A stretch of 64,000 nucleotides of DNA from Gemmatimonadaceae bacterium (GTDB lineage Bacteria > Gemmatimonadota > Gemmatimonadetes > Gemmatimonadales > Gemmatimonadaceae), in NCBI GenBank assembly GCA_041483735.1, contig JBGPGH010000004.1, positions 1-64,000 of the forward strand, read 5' to 3'. A program made the position numbers and the translations under genes. Of this stretch, positions 1-8,080 are shown in pieces. Each line of letters opens with the position of its first letter. The first letter of the stretch is position 1. The notes below the pieces were generated by a model. The model saw nothing but the letters and a program-made list of their open reading frames with translations. It was not told the origin of the DNA and made no database searches.

Positions 1-270
1 GAGAAAGGAATCGGCCTGGTGGTGCCCGGATTCATCCCGTCGCCGCTGGGCGAGATCGTCGAGTACCGGCCGAGCCTCGTCGAGCTGGCCGTCACCATCG
101 GCATCTGGGCGCTCGGCCTGTTCGTCCTGACGGTACTCGTCAGGGTCGCCCTGCCGATCGAGCTGGGCCAGGTGCGGAGTCCGTACGTGACCGATGGTCG
201 TGAGGCGCCGCTCGTCCGCCCGCGCAGTACCCGCCCGCCCCGGGAGGTCCGGCCGGTGCGGACCCGCTAG
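1..270 (+). CDS. 3' fragment of a membrane protein gene truncated by the window edge (TM helix + Pro/Arg-rich tail; NrfD/PsrC-like C-terminus possible)
   Basis: Frame 1 is open from nt 1; hydrophobic helix LVELAVTIGIWALGLFVLTVLV followed by basic tail; high GC3 codon usage; stop at 268-270. Confidence 0.35.
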   Translation, partial: EKGIGLVVPGFIPSPLGEIVEYRPSLVELAVTIGIWALGLFVLTVLVRVALPIELGQVRSPYVTDGREAPLVRPRSTRPPREVRPVRTR

Positions 271-321
271 TGCAACGGCCCGGCCGGTGGCCGGGCAACT
301 TTCTCTCGTGAGGTAGTCACC

Positions 322-1284
322 ATGATCCGACATGCTCCGAACGACACCCGGTACTCGATCGCCGCCCTGGCAGCAGGGCTGGTCGGTGGGGCCGGGCTGG
401 CAGGAGCGCTGTATCTCCTGAGCGCGCCGCTCCCGCTGGTGGCGATCGCGGGCGTGGCGTCATTCATGTATCTCGCCGGCGCGATCAAGTACACCGACCA
501 GTGGGAGCGGGCGGTCCTGATGCGGCTGGGCCGCTACCGCGGCCTGCGCGGCCCGGGGTACTTCGCCGTCGTGCCGATCATCGACCGCATCGCCTACACG
601 GTCGACCAGCGCATCCGGACCACCGCGTTTGGCGCCGAGTCGTGCCTGACGCGGGACACGGTGCCGGTGAACGTCGACGCCATCGCCTTCTGGATCGTGC
701 GTGACGCCGAGCGCGCCGCGCTCGAGGTGCAGGACTACGACGAGGCCGTTATCCTCTCGGCGCAGACGGCGCTGCGCGACGCGATCGGCAAGCACGACCT
801 GGCCGAGCTGATCCAGTCGCGGGTGGAGCTCGGGCACGGGCTGAAGGTGGCGCTCGAGCAGAAGATGCTGAACTGGGGGATCCAGGTGCAGTCGGTCGAG
901 ATCCGCGACGTCATCATTCCGGCGGCGCTCGAGGACGCGATGTCGCGCCAGGCACAGGCCGAGCGCGAGCGGCAGGCACGGATCATCCTCGGCACCGCCG
1001 AGACCGAGATCGCCCACAAGTTCGTCGAGGCGGCGGATGCCTATCGCGACCACCCCGCGGCCATGAACCTGCGCGCGATGAACATGCTCTACGAGAGCAT
1101 CGTCAAGCGAGGATCGCTGATGGTGGTGCCGTCGGGGCTGGCCGATTCGCTGAACGTCCCGTCGCTGATGGGCATCCTGGGCGCCTCGAGTCGCGTGCCG
1201 CACAACGGTGGCGAGGAGGGCGCGCCGGCTGGCACGCCGGCCCCCGCCAAGCCGCCGGCGGGCGCGAAGGCCGCGGCGCCCTGA
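322..1284 (+). CDS. SPFH/band-7 (stomatin/prohibitin-like) membrane protein
   Basis: N-terminal TM segments then typical SPFH core (…AFWIVRDAERAALEVQDYDEAV…, coiled-coil QAQAERERQARIILG…); ATG with GAGGT 12 nt upstream. Confidence 0.85.
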   Translation: MIRHAPNDTRYSIAALAAGLVGGAGLAGALYLLSAPLPLVAIAGVASFMYLAGAIKYTDQWERAVLMRLGRYRGLRGPGYFAVVPIIDRIAYTVDQRIRTTAFGAESCLTRDTVPVNVDAIAFWIVRDAERAALEVQDYDEAVILSAQTALRDAIGKHDLAELIQSRVELGHGLKVALEQKMLNWGIQVQSVEIRDVIIPAALEDAMSRQAQAERERQARIILGTAETEIAHKFVEAADAYRDHPAAMNLRAMNMLYESIVKRGSLMVVPSGLADSLNVPSLMGILGASSRVPHNGGEEGAPAGTPAPAKPPAGAKAAAP

Positions 1285-1292
1285 CCGCGTAG

Positions 1293-1306
1293 CGCGCCGG
1301 CGCGCC
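1293..1306. terminator. 14-nt perfect GC palindrome between convergent genes (possible bidirectional terminator)
   Basis: GCGCGCCGGCGCGC lies between stop of SPFH gene (1284) and stop of minus-strand gene (1312); no U-tract, so weak. Confidence 0.3.
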
Positions 1307-1311
1307 CTCCC

Positions 1312-2010
1312 TTACGGCGTCCGCGCCGCCGCGATCGCGGCGCGAAGGTCGGCGGCGTGGTCGGTGTACTCGGGCAGGGGTCGCGCCATTTCGCCGGCCT
1401 CGGCCGCGAGCAGCCTCCGCTGAAACTCGCGGCCCGCGCCCTGTCCGCCGCGGGCCGCGGCCGCGCGGACGGCGAGCGACAGGCCGAGCAGGTGGGTGGG
1501 ACGCTGCCGGAGGATCGTGTCGGCCTGGGCCGCGGCCCGCGCCGCGTCGCCCGTCACCAGCGCGACCAGGCCGAGGTCGTAGCGCCGGTGCGCGTCCATC
1601 GGCAGCGCTTCCAGCGCGCCGAGCGCCATCGGCCCGAAGAAGGCGGCGCTGTCCGCCTTCCCTTCGCTCGACAGGCGCATGACCCGGTTGAACAGGCGGT
1701 CGGCGCGCTCGTCCGGCGTCATCGAGGAAATGTCCGGCGCCCGGATCGCGCCGGCGTCGAGCGGTACGCCGCCGTCGGGTTCCGGCGCCGTCGCGCGCGT
1801 GCCGAAGCGGACCGCCGAGAGCACCACCAGGGCGACGAACGCGAGGGCCGGCATCCCCCATCGCAGCAGCATCGATCCGCCTGACGCGGTCGCCCGCCCC
1901 CCGTGGATCGACGCGCCACAGTTGTGGCAGAACTTCGCGCCGGTGTTGAGTGTCGTTCCGCATTCGCTGCAGAACCGGGGATGGGATCCTGCCGTCGGGT
2001 TCGCGGGCAT
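1312..2010 (-). CDS. Zn-ribbon / single-TM / helical (TPR-like) protein immediately downstream of ccmH; candidate CcmI-like apocytochrome chaperone
   Basis: Internal ATG (MPANPT…) 2 nt after ccmH stop; CSECG…CHNCG zinc ribbon, TM helix MLLRWGMPALAFVALVVLSAV, ~170-aa Ala/Leu-rich helical domain; TAA stop at 1312. Confidence 0.6.
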   Translation of the reverse strand: MPANPTAGSHPRFCSECGTTLNTGAKFCHNCGASIHGGRATASGGSMLLRWGMPALAFVALVVLSAVRFGTRATAPEPDGGVPLDAGAIRAPDISSMTPDERADRLFNRVMRLSSEGKADSAAFFGPMALGALEALPMDAHRRYDLGLVALVTGDAARAAAQADTILRQRPTHLLGLSLAVRAAAARGGQGAGREFQRRLLAAEAGEMARPLPEYTDHAADLRAAIAAARTP

Positions 2011-2012
2011 GG

Positions 2013-2501
2013 TCAGGAGGAGTGGAGGTCGGAGGGATCGTCCGGGGCGCCTGAGGCCGGCGGCGCGCCGGTCCCCGGTGAGGTCCATCGCCTGACGAGG
2101 AACACCACCAGCGCCAGCCCCCCGCCCACGAACAGCACCGGAAACAGGTAGAGCAGCTTGTTCAGTCCCGTGGCGGCCGGCTTCAGCAGGATCCACTCAC
2201 CGTACTTCGAGACGAAGTACGCCTTCACCTGCTCGGGCGTCTCGCCGGCGCGCAGCCGCTGGCGCACCACGGCGCGCATGTCCTGGGCGAGCGACGACGG
2301 CGATTCCTGGATCGACTCGCCCTGGCAGACCGGGCAGCGGAGCGATGACGACACCGCCGCGGTCGTGGCGTCGAGCGCGGAATCGGCGACCGGCGTGGCG
2401 ACCGGAGGGCGGGCACGCGCCACGCTGTCCTGCGCGGATAACGGCCCCGCCCACCAGAGCGCGACCGCCGCCGCCAGCACCGCCCGCGCGGCGTGCCTCA
2501 C
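2013..2501 (-). CDS. ccmH: cytochrome c-type biogenesis protein CcmH
   Basis: Signal peptide, LRCPVCQGESI motif (CcmH CxxC), C-terminal TM; GTG start overlapping ccmG stop (GTGA). Confidence 0.85.
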   Translation of the reverse strand: MRHAARAVLAAAVALWWAGPLSAQDSVARARPPVATPVADSALDATTAAVSSSLRCPVCQGESIQESPSSLAQDMRAVVRQRLRAGETPEQVKAYFVSKYGEWILLKPAATGLNKLLYLFPVLFVGGGLALVVFLVRRWTSPGTGAPPASGAPDDPSDLHSS

Positions 2502-3091
2502 CGGTCCGGCGTCCGGGCCGCCGGCCCCGCGGGCCGCGCCGCCGCCAGCAGCGAGTCGATCTTCTGGTGGAGGATCTCCCCGGTGATGGCGCCGGTGTGC
2601 TTGTACGCGATCCGCCCGCCGGGATCGATGATGAAGGTCTCGGGCACACCGTAGAGGCCGTAGTCGATCGCCATCCGCGAGCCGTCGTCCAGCACCGACG
2701 GATAACTCTGACCGCCCATCGCGGTGATCCACTGCCGGCCCATCTCCGGCTGGTCGGCGTAGAGCACGCCGACGAACTGCGCCGGCCGGCCGGCGTACTG
2801 CCGGGCCGTCTCGGTGAGCTCGACGTGTTCCGCGCGGCAGGCGAGGCACCACGACGCCCAGAAGTTCACGACCACCACCTTGCCCGCCTGGTCGCGCAGC
2901 CGGATCGTGTCGCCCATGGGACGGGCGAGCGGCGGCTCGCCGGGCGCGAACACGGTGAGCGCGAAGGTGGGGGCGACGTGCCCGGGCAGCGGCGAGGGGA
3001 TGGCGCCCGGATCGCGGGTGAATCCGAACGCGAACAGGGCGATGACCGGCACCGCGACGAGCGTGGCGAAGACGGCGCGCTTCCAGTTCAT
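2498..3091 (-). CDS. ccmG: thiol:disulfide interchange protein CcmG/DsbE
   Basis: MNWKRAVF… signal anchor, thioredoxin fold WCLAC motif; ATG overlaps ccmF stop (ATGA). Confidence 0.9.
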   Translation of the reverse strand: MNWKRAVFATLVAVPVIALFAFGFTRDPGAIPSPLPGHVAPTFALTVFAPGEPPLARPMGDTIRLRDQAGKVVVVNFWASWCLACRAEHVELTETARQYAGRPAQFVGVLYADQPEMGRQWITAMGGQSYPSVLDDGSRMAIDYGLYGVPETFIIDPGGRIAYKHTGAITGEILHQKIDSLLAAARPAGPAARTPDR

Positions 3092-5121
3092 GCGTGTGCC
3101 GGCGCGATGACCGGCGCCGCCGGCGCGGCCACCGGTTCGGCCTCGGGCTCGGTGGCCGGCGCGCGGACCGCCCGGGGCGTGCCGTGGAAGAGGCCGAGGA
3201 CGGCGCCCAGCACCACGACCAGCCCGCCGAACCAGATCCACGGCACCAGCGGCTCGACGATCATCTTCACCGTGGCGTTGGCGCCGCGGGGCTCGAACGC
3301 CATCAGGCTGGCGTAGAGGTCGCCGCGCAGGCTGCTGCGCACATCCGGCGTCGGCACCGGCTGGTCCGACACGCGGTAGTAGTTCATCCGCGGCGTGATC
3401 GTCCCGATCACCGCGCCGTCCCGGCCCAAAACGTCGAAGGTCGCGCCGATCACCGACCGTTGCGGCTCTTCCCGGCCCCAGACCCGCGTCAGGCGGATCG
3501 TCTGTCCGGCGACGGTGAGCGACTCGCCAGGCGCCAGCGTGGCCTCGCGCTCGCTGCGGAAGGTGGATGACGCGGTGACGCCGAGCGCCACGAGCAGAGC
3601 GCCGATGTGCGCCAGGTAGCCGCCATAGCGGCGGCGGTTGCCGTTGATCAGGCGCGCCAGCGCCGTCACCGGGTTTTCGCCGTGCGCCTTCCGCCGGGCG
3701 CGCGCGCCCACCCAGTACTCGCGCAGGTTGCCGACCGCCGCGTACCCCACGAACGCGAAGGTGAGGATCGCGTAGACCTTCCGGGCGCCGGCGAACACGC
3801 CGATCGCGCCCAGCACCACCGCGCCGCCGAATGGCGGGAGCAGCCGCCGCCGGGCATCGGCCCAGGTGGTGCTCCCCCACGGCAGCGCCGGTCCCACGCC
3901 CATGAGGAAGACCAGCGCCACCATCGCCGGCACCGCCATCTGGTTGAAGAACGGCTCGCCGACGCTGACTTTCACGCCGCGCATCGCCTCGGCGATGAGC
4001 GGATAAAGCGTCCCCACGAGCACGGTCAGCATCACCGCGGTCAGGAAGAGGTTGTTCAGCAGGAAGACCGTTTCCCGTGAGGCGGCCCCGCCCAGATTCC
4101 CCTTCGAGTGGAGGCGCTCCGAGTGGCCGGCCAGCAGGACCAGCGCCGACACCATCACCAGGGCGATGAACGCCAGGAAATAGTAGCCGATGCTCCCCTG
4201 GGTGAATGCGTGGACCGACGACAGGATCCCCGAGCGGGTGAGGAAGGTGCCGAGGATCGTCAGCACGAACGTCGCGACGCACAGGTTGAGCGTCCACAGC
4301 CGGAGCATCGAGCGCCGTTCCTGCACCATCACCGAGTGCAGATAGGCGGTGGCGGTGAGCCACGGCAGGAACGAGGCGTTCTCGACCGGATCCCACGCCC
4401 AGTAGCCGCCCCAGCCGAGCACTTCGTACGACCACCACATGCCGGCGATGATCGCCGCCGACAGGAATCCCCACGACGCCAGCATCCAGCGGCGCGACAG
4501 GACCACCCAGTCGTTCCGGGCCGCCTCGTCGGACAGGATGGCGCCGACGGCGAACGCGAACGGCACCGACATGCCGACGTAGCCGAGATACAGCAGCGGC
4601 GGGTGGACCGCCATCAGGTAGTGGTTCTGGAGCAGCGTGTTCGGCCCGGGGCCGTCAGCCGGCACGGGGAAGACCGGCCGGAACGGGTCGGCCGGACCCA
4701 CCAGCAGGATCGCGAAGAACGCCGCCACGGCGAGCAGCGTCATGGCCGCATAGGGAACCAGGTCGCCGGGCCGGCGGCGGTGCACCCACACGACCACGGC
4801 CGCGTACAGCGACAGCACCCACGCCCAGAAGAGAATCGAGCCCTCGAGCGCGCCCCACAGCGAGATGATCGTGAAGAGCAGCGGCGTGGAGCGGCTGCCC
4901 ACCGCCGCCACGTACGACACCGAGAAGTCGTGGGTCACCAGCGCCACGATCATCGACGCCGTCGCGACGGTCACGAGCAGGAAGTTCGTGTACACCGCGC
5001 CGTACGCCAGCTGCAGCCACTCGCGCCGGCCGGTCCGGATGGCGACCGGCGCGATGCCCGCCCCGAACAGCACCGTCGCCAGCGAAACCAGCAGCGCGTT
5101 ATGCGCGAGGAGGCCGGTCAT
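3088..5121 (-). CDS. ccmF: cytochrome c heme lyase subunit CcmF
   Basis: 677-aa polytopic membrane protein with characteristic CcmF WD-rich/His-containing segments (WGGYWAWDPVEN). Confidence 0.92.
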   Translation of the reverse strand: MTGLLAHNALLVSLATVLFGAGIAPVAIRTGRREWLQLAYGAVYTNFLLVTVATASMIVALVTHDFSVSYVAAVGSRSTPLLFTIISLWGALEGSILFWAWVLSLYAAVVVWVHRRRPGDLVPYAAMTLLAVAAFFAILLVGPADPFRPVFPVPADGPGPNTLLQNHYLMAVHPPLLYLGYVGMSVPFAFAVGAILSDEAARNDWVVLSRRWMLASWGFLSAAIIAGMWWSYEVLGWGGYWAWDPVENASFLPWLTATAYLHSVMVQERRSMLRLWTLNLCVATFVLTILGTFLTRSGILSSVHAFTQGSIGYYFLAFIALVMVSALVLLAGHSERLHSKGNLGGAASRETVFLLNNLFLTAVMLTVLVGTLYPLIAEAMRGVKVSVGEPFFNQMAVPAMVALVFLMGVGPALPWGSTTWADARRRLLPPFGGAVVLGAIGVFAGARKVYAILTFAFVGYAAVGNLREYWVGARARRKAHGENPVTALARLINGNRRRYGGYLAHIGALLVALGVTASSTFRSEREATLAPGESLTVAGQTIRLTRVWGREEPQRSVIGATFDVLGRDGAVIGTITPRMNYYRVSDQPVPTPDVRSSLRGDLYASLMAFEPRGANATVKMIVEPLVPWIWFGGLVVVLGAVLGLFHGTPRAVRAPATEPEAEPVAAPAAPVIAPAHA

Positions 5122-5552
5122 GAGGACTTGATCAGCGTCTTGTATTTCTGGTGCGGCTCTTCGCCCGGCTTGGGCGGACGGTACTCGTTCGAATGCTTGA
5201 CCATCAGCCGCGAGGCCTCGAACACTCCGCCGGCACCGACCCGCCCCTCGACGACGACACCCATGCCGTCACGGAACATCTGGGGCGGGGCGCCCGTCGA
5301 GTGCACCGCCATCTCCTTCGCTCCGTCGGTGACCATGAAGCGCAGGTCCAGCGCCTTCGCGTCCCAGGTCACCGAGCCCGGCTTCACCTGCCCGCCCAGC
5401 CGCACCGGCACGCCGACGCCCTCGGCGCCCTTCGCCAGCAGCTCCTGCGGCGTGAGGAAGAAGACCACGTTCTTCTCCAGGCCGCCGAAGAGCAGCCACG
5501 CGAACACGGCGAGAATCACGGCCGCCCCGCCGAACAACCAGGCTTTCTTCAT
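5118..5552 (-). CDS. ccmE: heme chaperone CcmE
   Basis: MKKAWLFGG… signal anchor, OB-fold body, heme-binding His region (…MVKHSNEY…); ATGA overlap with ccmF. Confidence 0.9.
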   Translation of the reverse strand: MKKAWLFGGAAVILAVFAWLLFGGLEKNVVFFLTPQELLAKGAEGVGVPVRLGGQVKPGSVTWDAKALDLRFMVTDGAKEMAVHSTGAPPQMFRDGMGVVVEGRVGAGGVFEASRLMVKHSNEYRPPKPGEEPHQKYKTLIKSS

Positions 5553-5701
5553 CGCCCACGCTCCGCGCCGGGGCCGGCGGCCAGCCGCTCGGCGCCGGCG
5601 ACGCGCCCGCCGGCACGCATCAGGCGCAGGAAGTATCCCAGGATGACGGCCCACGTCACCGCGTACGCGGCGATGACGAACGCCAGATTGGACGCAAACA
5701 T
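5549..5701 (-). CDS. ccmD: heme exporter protein CcmD (50 aa, single TM); absent from ORF track
   Basis: ATG at 5701..5699; translation MFASNLAFVIAAYAVTWAVILGYFLRLMRAGGRVAGAERLAAGPGAERGR; stop overlaps ccmE ATG (ATGA), start 3 nt after ccmC stop; expected position between ccmC and ccmE. Confidence 0.7.
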   Translation of the reverse strand: MFASNLAFVIAAYAVTWAVILGYFLRLMRAGGRVAGAERLAAGPGAERGR

Positions 5702-5703
5702 GT

Positions 5704-6411
5704 TCACCGACCTCCCAGTGCGGCCGTCTCGGCCGCGTGCTCGACCGCCCGCTCACGCCGCGCGATCTCATAGCGCTTCCGGATGAAGAATATCATCAGG
5801 ATCAGGAGGGCGATCGCGTTCAGCCGCAGCCCCCTGGTATACACCGGATCGAGCGTCGCGGGGCTCGACTGCGGCTGGTGGAGCGTTCGCCACCACTTCA
5901 CCGACATGTACACGATCGGCACGTTGATGGCGCCGATCACGCCGACCGCCGCGCTCCACCGCGCCCGCTCCTGCGGATCGTCGACGAAGGCGCGCAAGGC
6001 AAGATAGCCGGCGAAGATGAGGAAGAGCACCAGCGTCGAGGTGAGGCGCGCGTCCCAGACCCACCAGACGCCCCAGGCCGGCCGGCCCCAGATCATCCCC
6101 AGCAGCAGCGTGAGGCCGTTGAACGTCGCGCCGACCTCGGCCGCCGACGCGGCCAGCAGGTCGTCGTCCTCCCGCCGCTTCCACAGGTAGCGGAGGCTGT
6201 AGATCATCACGACCAGGAAGGCAAGGAACGTCATCCACGCCGCCGGCACGTGCACGTACATGATCTTCTGCAGGTCCCCCATGTCGCCTTCCGCCGGCGA
6301 CGTCAGGATGGAGAAGGTCTGGGCGGCGATCACCGCGCCGAACCCGGCGATCCCCAGCCAGGTCGTCGTGCGCGATGAGCGCGGATCCTGCGAGCGGTCG
6401 GAGGCAGGCAT
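5704..6411 (-). CDS. ccmC: heme exporter protein CcmC
   Basis: Polytopic, WGxxWxWD tryptophan-rich motif (WGRPAWGVWWVWDARL); ATG at 6411 chosen over upstream TTG at 6450 that would overlap ccmB by 29 nt. Confidence 0.88.
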   Translation of the reverse strand: MPASDRSQDPRSSRTTTWLGIAGFGAVIAAQTFSILTSPAEGDMGDLQKIMYVHVPAAWMTFLAFLVVMIYSLRYLWKRREDDDLLAASAAEVGATFNGLTLLLGMIWGRPAWGVWWVWDARLTSTLVLFLIFAGYLALRAFVDDPQERARWSAAVGVIGAINVPIVYMSVKWWRTLHQPQSSPATLDPVYTRGLRLNAIALLILMIFFIRKRYEIARRERAVEHAAETAALGGR

Positions 6412-6421
6412 CAGAGTGCGT

Positions 6422-7108
6422 TCAGGTTTCAATGACGTGGTCAAAGGCAAGGAACGTGGCGACCAGGAAGATCAGGTCGTACGCGGCCAGCAGCCGCATC
6501 CAGGCGCCCGCTTCGTGCATCAAATCGGCGCCCAGCAGCGCCTTGGACGCCGTGGTCGCGCCGAGCAGCACCGGCACCAGCATGGGGAAGAGCAGCATCG
6601 GAAGCAAGACTTCGCGGGCCCGGCTGCGGCTCGCCATCGACGCGTAGAACGTGCCCAGCACCACCAGGCCGAAAACGCCGAGCGCCAGGACGAGGAGCAG
6701 CGACGACCATGTGGCGGGAATGCGGACGCCGAAAAGCACGATCCCCGCGGCCACGACGATCGCGACCATCAGCGTCACGAAAGCCAGGTTCCCGAGCAGC
6801 TTGCCGGCGAAGATCGTCCAGCGCGCACCGGGATAGAGCAGCAGCGGTTCCAGCGCGCCGCTCTCGAGCTCGACCTGGAACGACCGGTTGAAGGCGAGCA
6901 CTCCGGAGAAGAGTGTGGCGAGCCACACCGCGCCGACCGCGGCGTTGCGCAGGGCCTCGGCGTCCGGGCCCAGCGCCAGGCCGAGGAGAACGAGGATCGT
7001 CACGCCGAGCGCCGCCACGCCGTTGAACCCGGCCTTGCTCCGGAGCTCGGTGGTGAGATCCTTTCTGGCAATGGCGCGAACCCGCCGCCAGTCATCGCGA
7101 AACGCCAT
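6422..7108 (-). CDS. ccmB: heme exporter permease CcmB
   Basis: 228-aa six-TM protein, typical CcmB; ATG at 7108 overlaps ccmA stop. Confidence 0.88.
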   Translation of the reverse strand: MAFRDDWRRVRAIARKDLTTELRSKAGFNGVAALGVTILVLLGLALGPDAEALRNAAVGAVWLATLFSGVLAFNRSFQVELESGALEPLLLYPGARWTIFAGKLLGNLAFVTLMVAIVVAAGIVLFGVRIPATWSSLLLVLALGVFGLVVLGTFYASMASRSRAREVLLPMLLFPMLVPVLLGATTASKALLGADLMHEAGAWMRLLAAYDLIFLVATFLAFDHVIET

Positions 7109-7809
7109 CAGTGAGCCCCCGAGGCCACGCCCGGCTGCTCGCGGCCGGCGCGCTCCGCCTGGGCGTCGATGCGCCCGTCGACCAGCGTGATCGTGCGGCT
7201 GAGCAGCCCTCTGGCCGGGGCGAGTTCGTGCAGCGCCACGAGCGCGGCGCCCCCGCCGCGCGCGATACCGGCGATGATGCCGTTCACCAGCCCGACGCCC
7301 TCTTCATCGAGGTTGGCGTACGGCTCGTCCAGGAGCAGCACGCGAGGATTGCGCAGGCTCAGCCGCGCCAGGGCGAGGCGGCGCTGCATGCCGGCCGAGA
7401 AGCCGCGTACGCGGGTGTCCGCCGCCGCGATCAGGCCGACGCGGGCGAGACTGTCCTCCACCAGCGCGTGCGGCACGCCCAGCATATCCGCGGCGAACCG
7501 CAGGTTCTCGCGCGCCGTCAGGTCCTCGTACAGCCCGGGGCTGTGCGCGAGGTAGCCGACCTGGGCGCGGACGGCGACGGCGTCCTCCACGACATCCAGC
7601 CCGTTGACCACGGCCGAGCCCGCGTTCGGCTTGAGCAGCGTCGCGACCACCCGCAGTAGAGTGCTCTTGCCGCTCCCGTTCGGACCCAGCAGCCCGACGA
7701 CCTCTCCGGGCCGGACTTCGAACGATGCGCCGCGCAGGACCCACCGGAGGCCGAACCGCCTGCCCACACTCCTGACGTCGATCGCACGGTCGGATTGGCC
7801 GGTGGACAT
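7108..7809 (-). CDS. ccmA: heme exporter ATP-binding protein CcmA
   Basis: Walker A GPNGSGKST, ABC signature FSAGMQRR, Walker B LLLDEP; internal ATG (MSTGQSD…) used, upstream part of the ORF is Pro/Gly-rich junk. Confidence 0.88.
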   Translation of the reverse strand: MSTGQSDRAIDVRSVGRRFGLRWVLRGASFEVRPGEVVGLLGPNGSGKSTLLRVVATLLKPNAGSAVVNGLDVVEDAVAVRAQVGYLAHSPGLYEDLTARENLRFAADMLGVPHALVEDSLARVGLIAAADTRVRGFSAGMQRRLALARLSLRNPRVLLLDEPYANLDEEGVGLVNGIIAGIARGGGAALVALHELAPARGLLSRTITLVDGRIDAQAERAGREQPGVASGAH

Positions 7810-8080
7810 CGGGTAGAGTAATGGGGGAGGGGACGCGCACTCGGGAAGTCCTGCGAACGCCCGAATATACGCCCGCACGGTTGCGGTCGGGATCAGCCAT
7901 CCCGGAGGCGCCGCGCCGGGGCAACCCTTACGCGGCTCCCACTGCCTCACAGGAGATGAGGGCCGGCCGGCGCCCGGGCAGCCGCCGGGGCCGGCGGCCC
8001 GGGCCGCGGGCGCTTCGACAGGGCGGGTCGCGCGCCGTATGTTCCAGTCCCCGTTCGACGCCCCGCAGAGGAGTCCTCCC

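Noticed and set aside
1-270. First partial ORF considered as an NfeD partner of the downstream SPFH gene
   Set aside because: The fragment ends in a TM helix plus a Pro/Arg tail rather than the C-terminal OB-fold beta-barrel that defines NfeD. It is left as a generic membrane-protein C-terminus.
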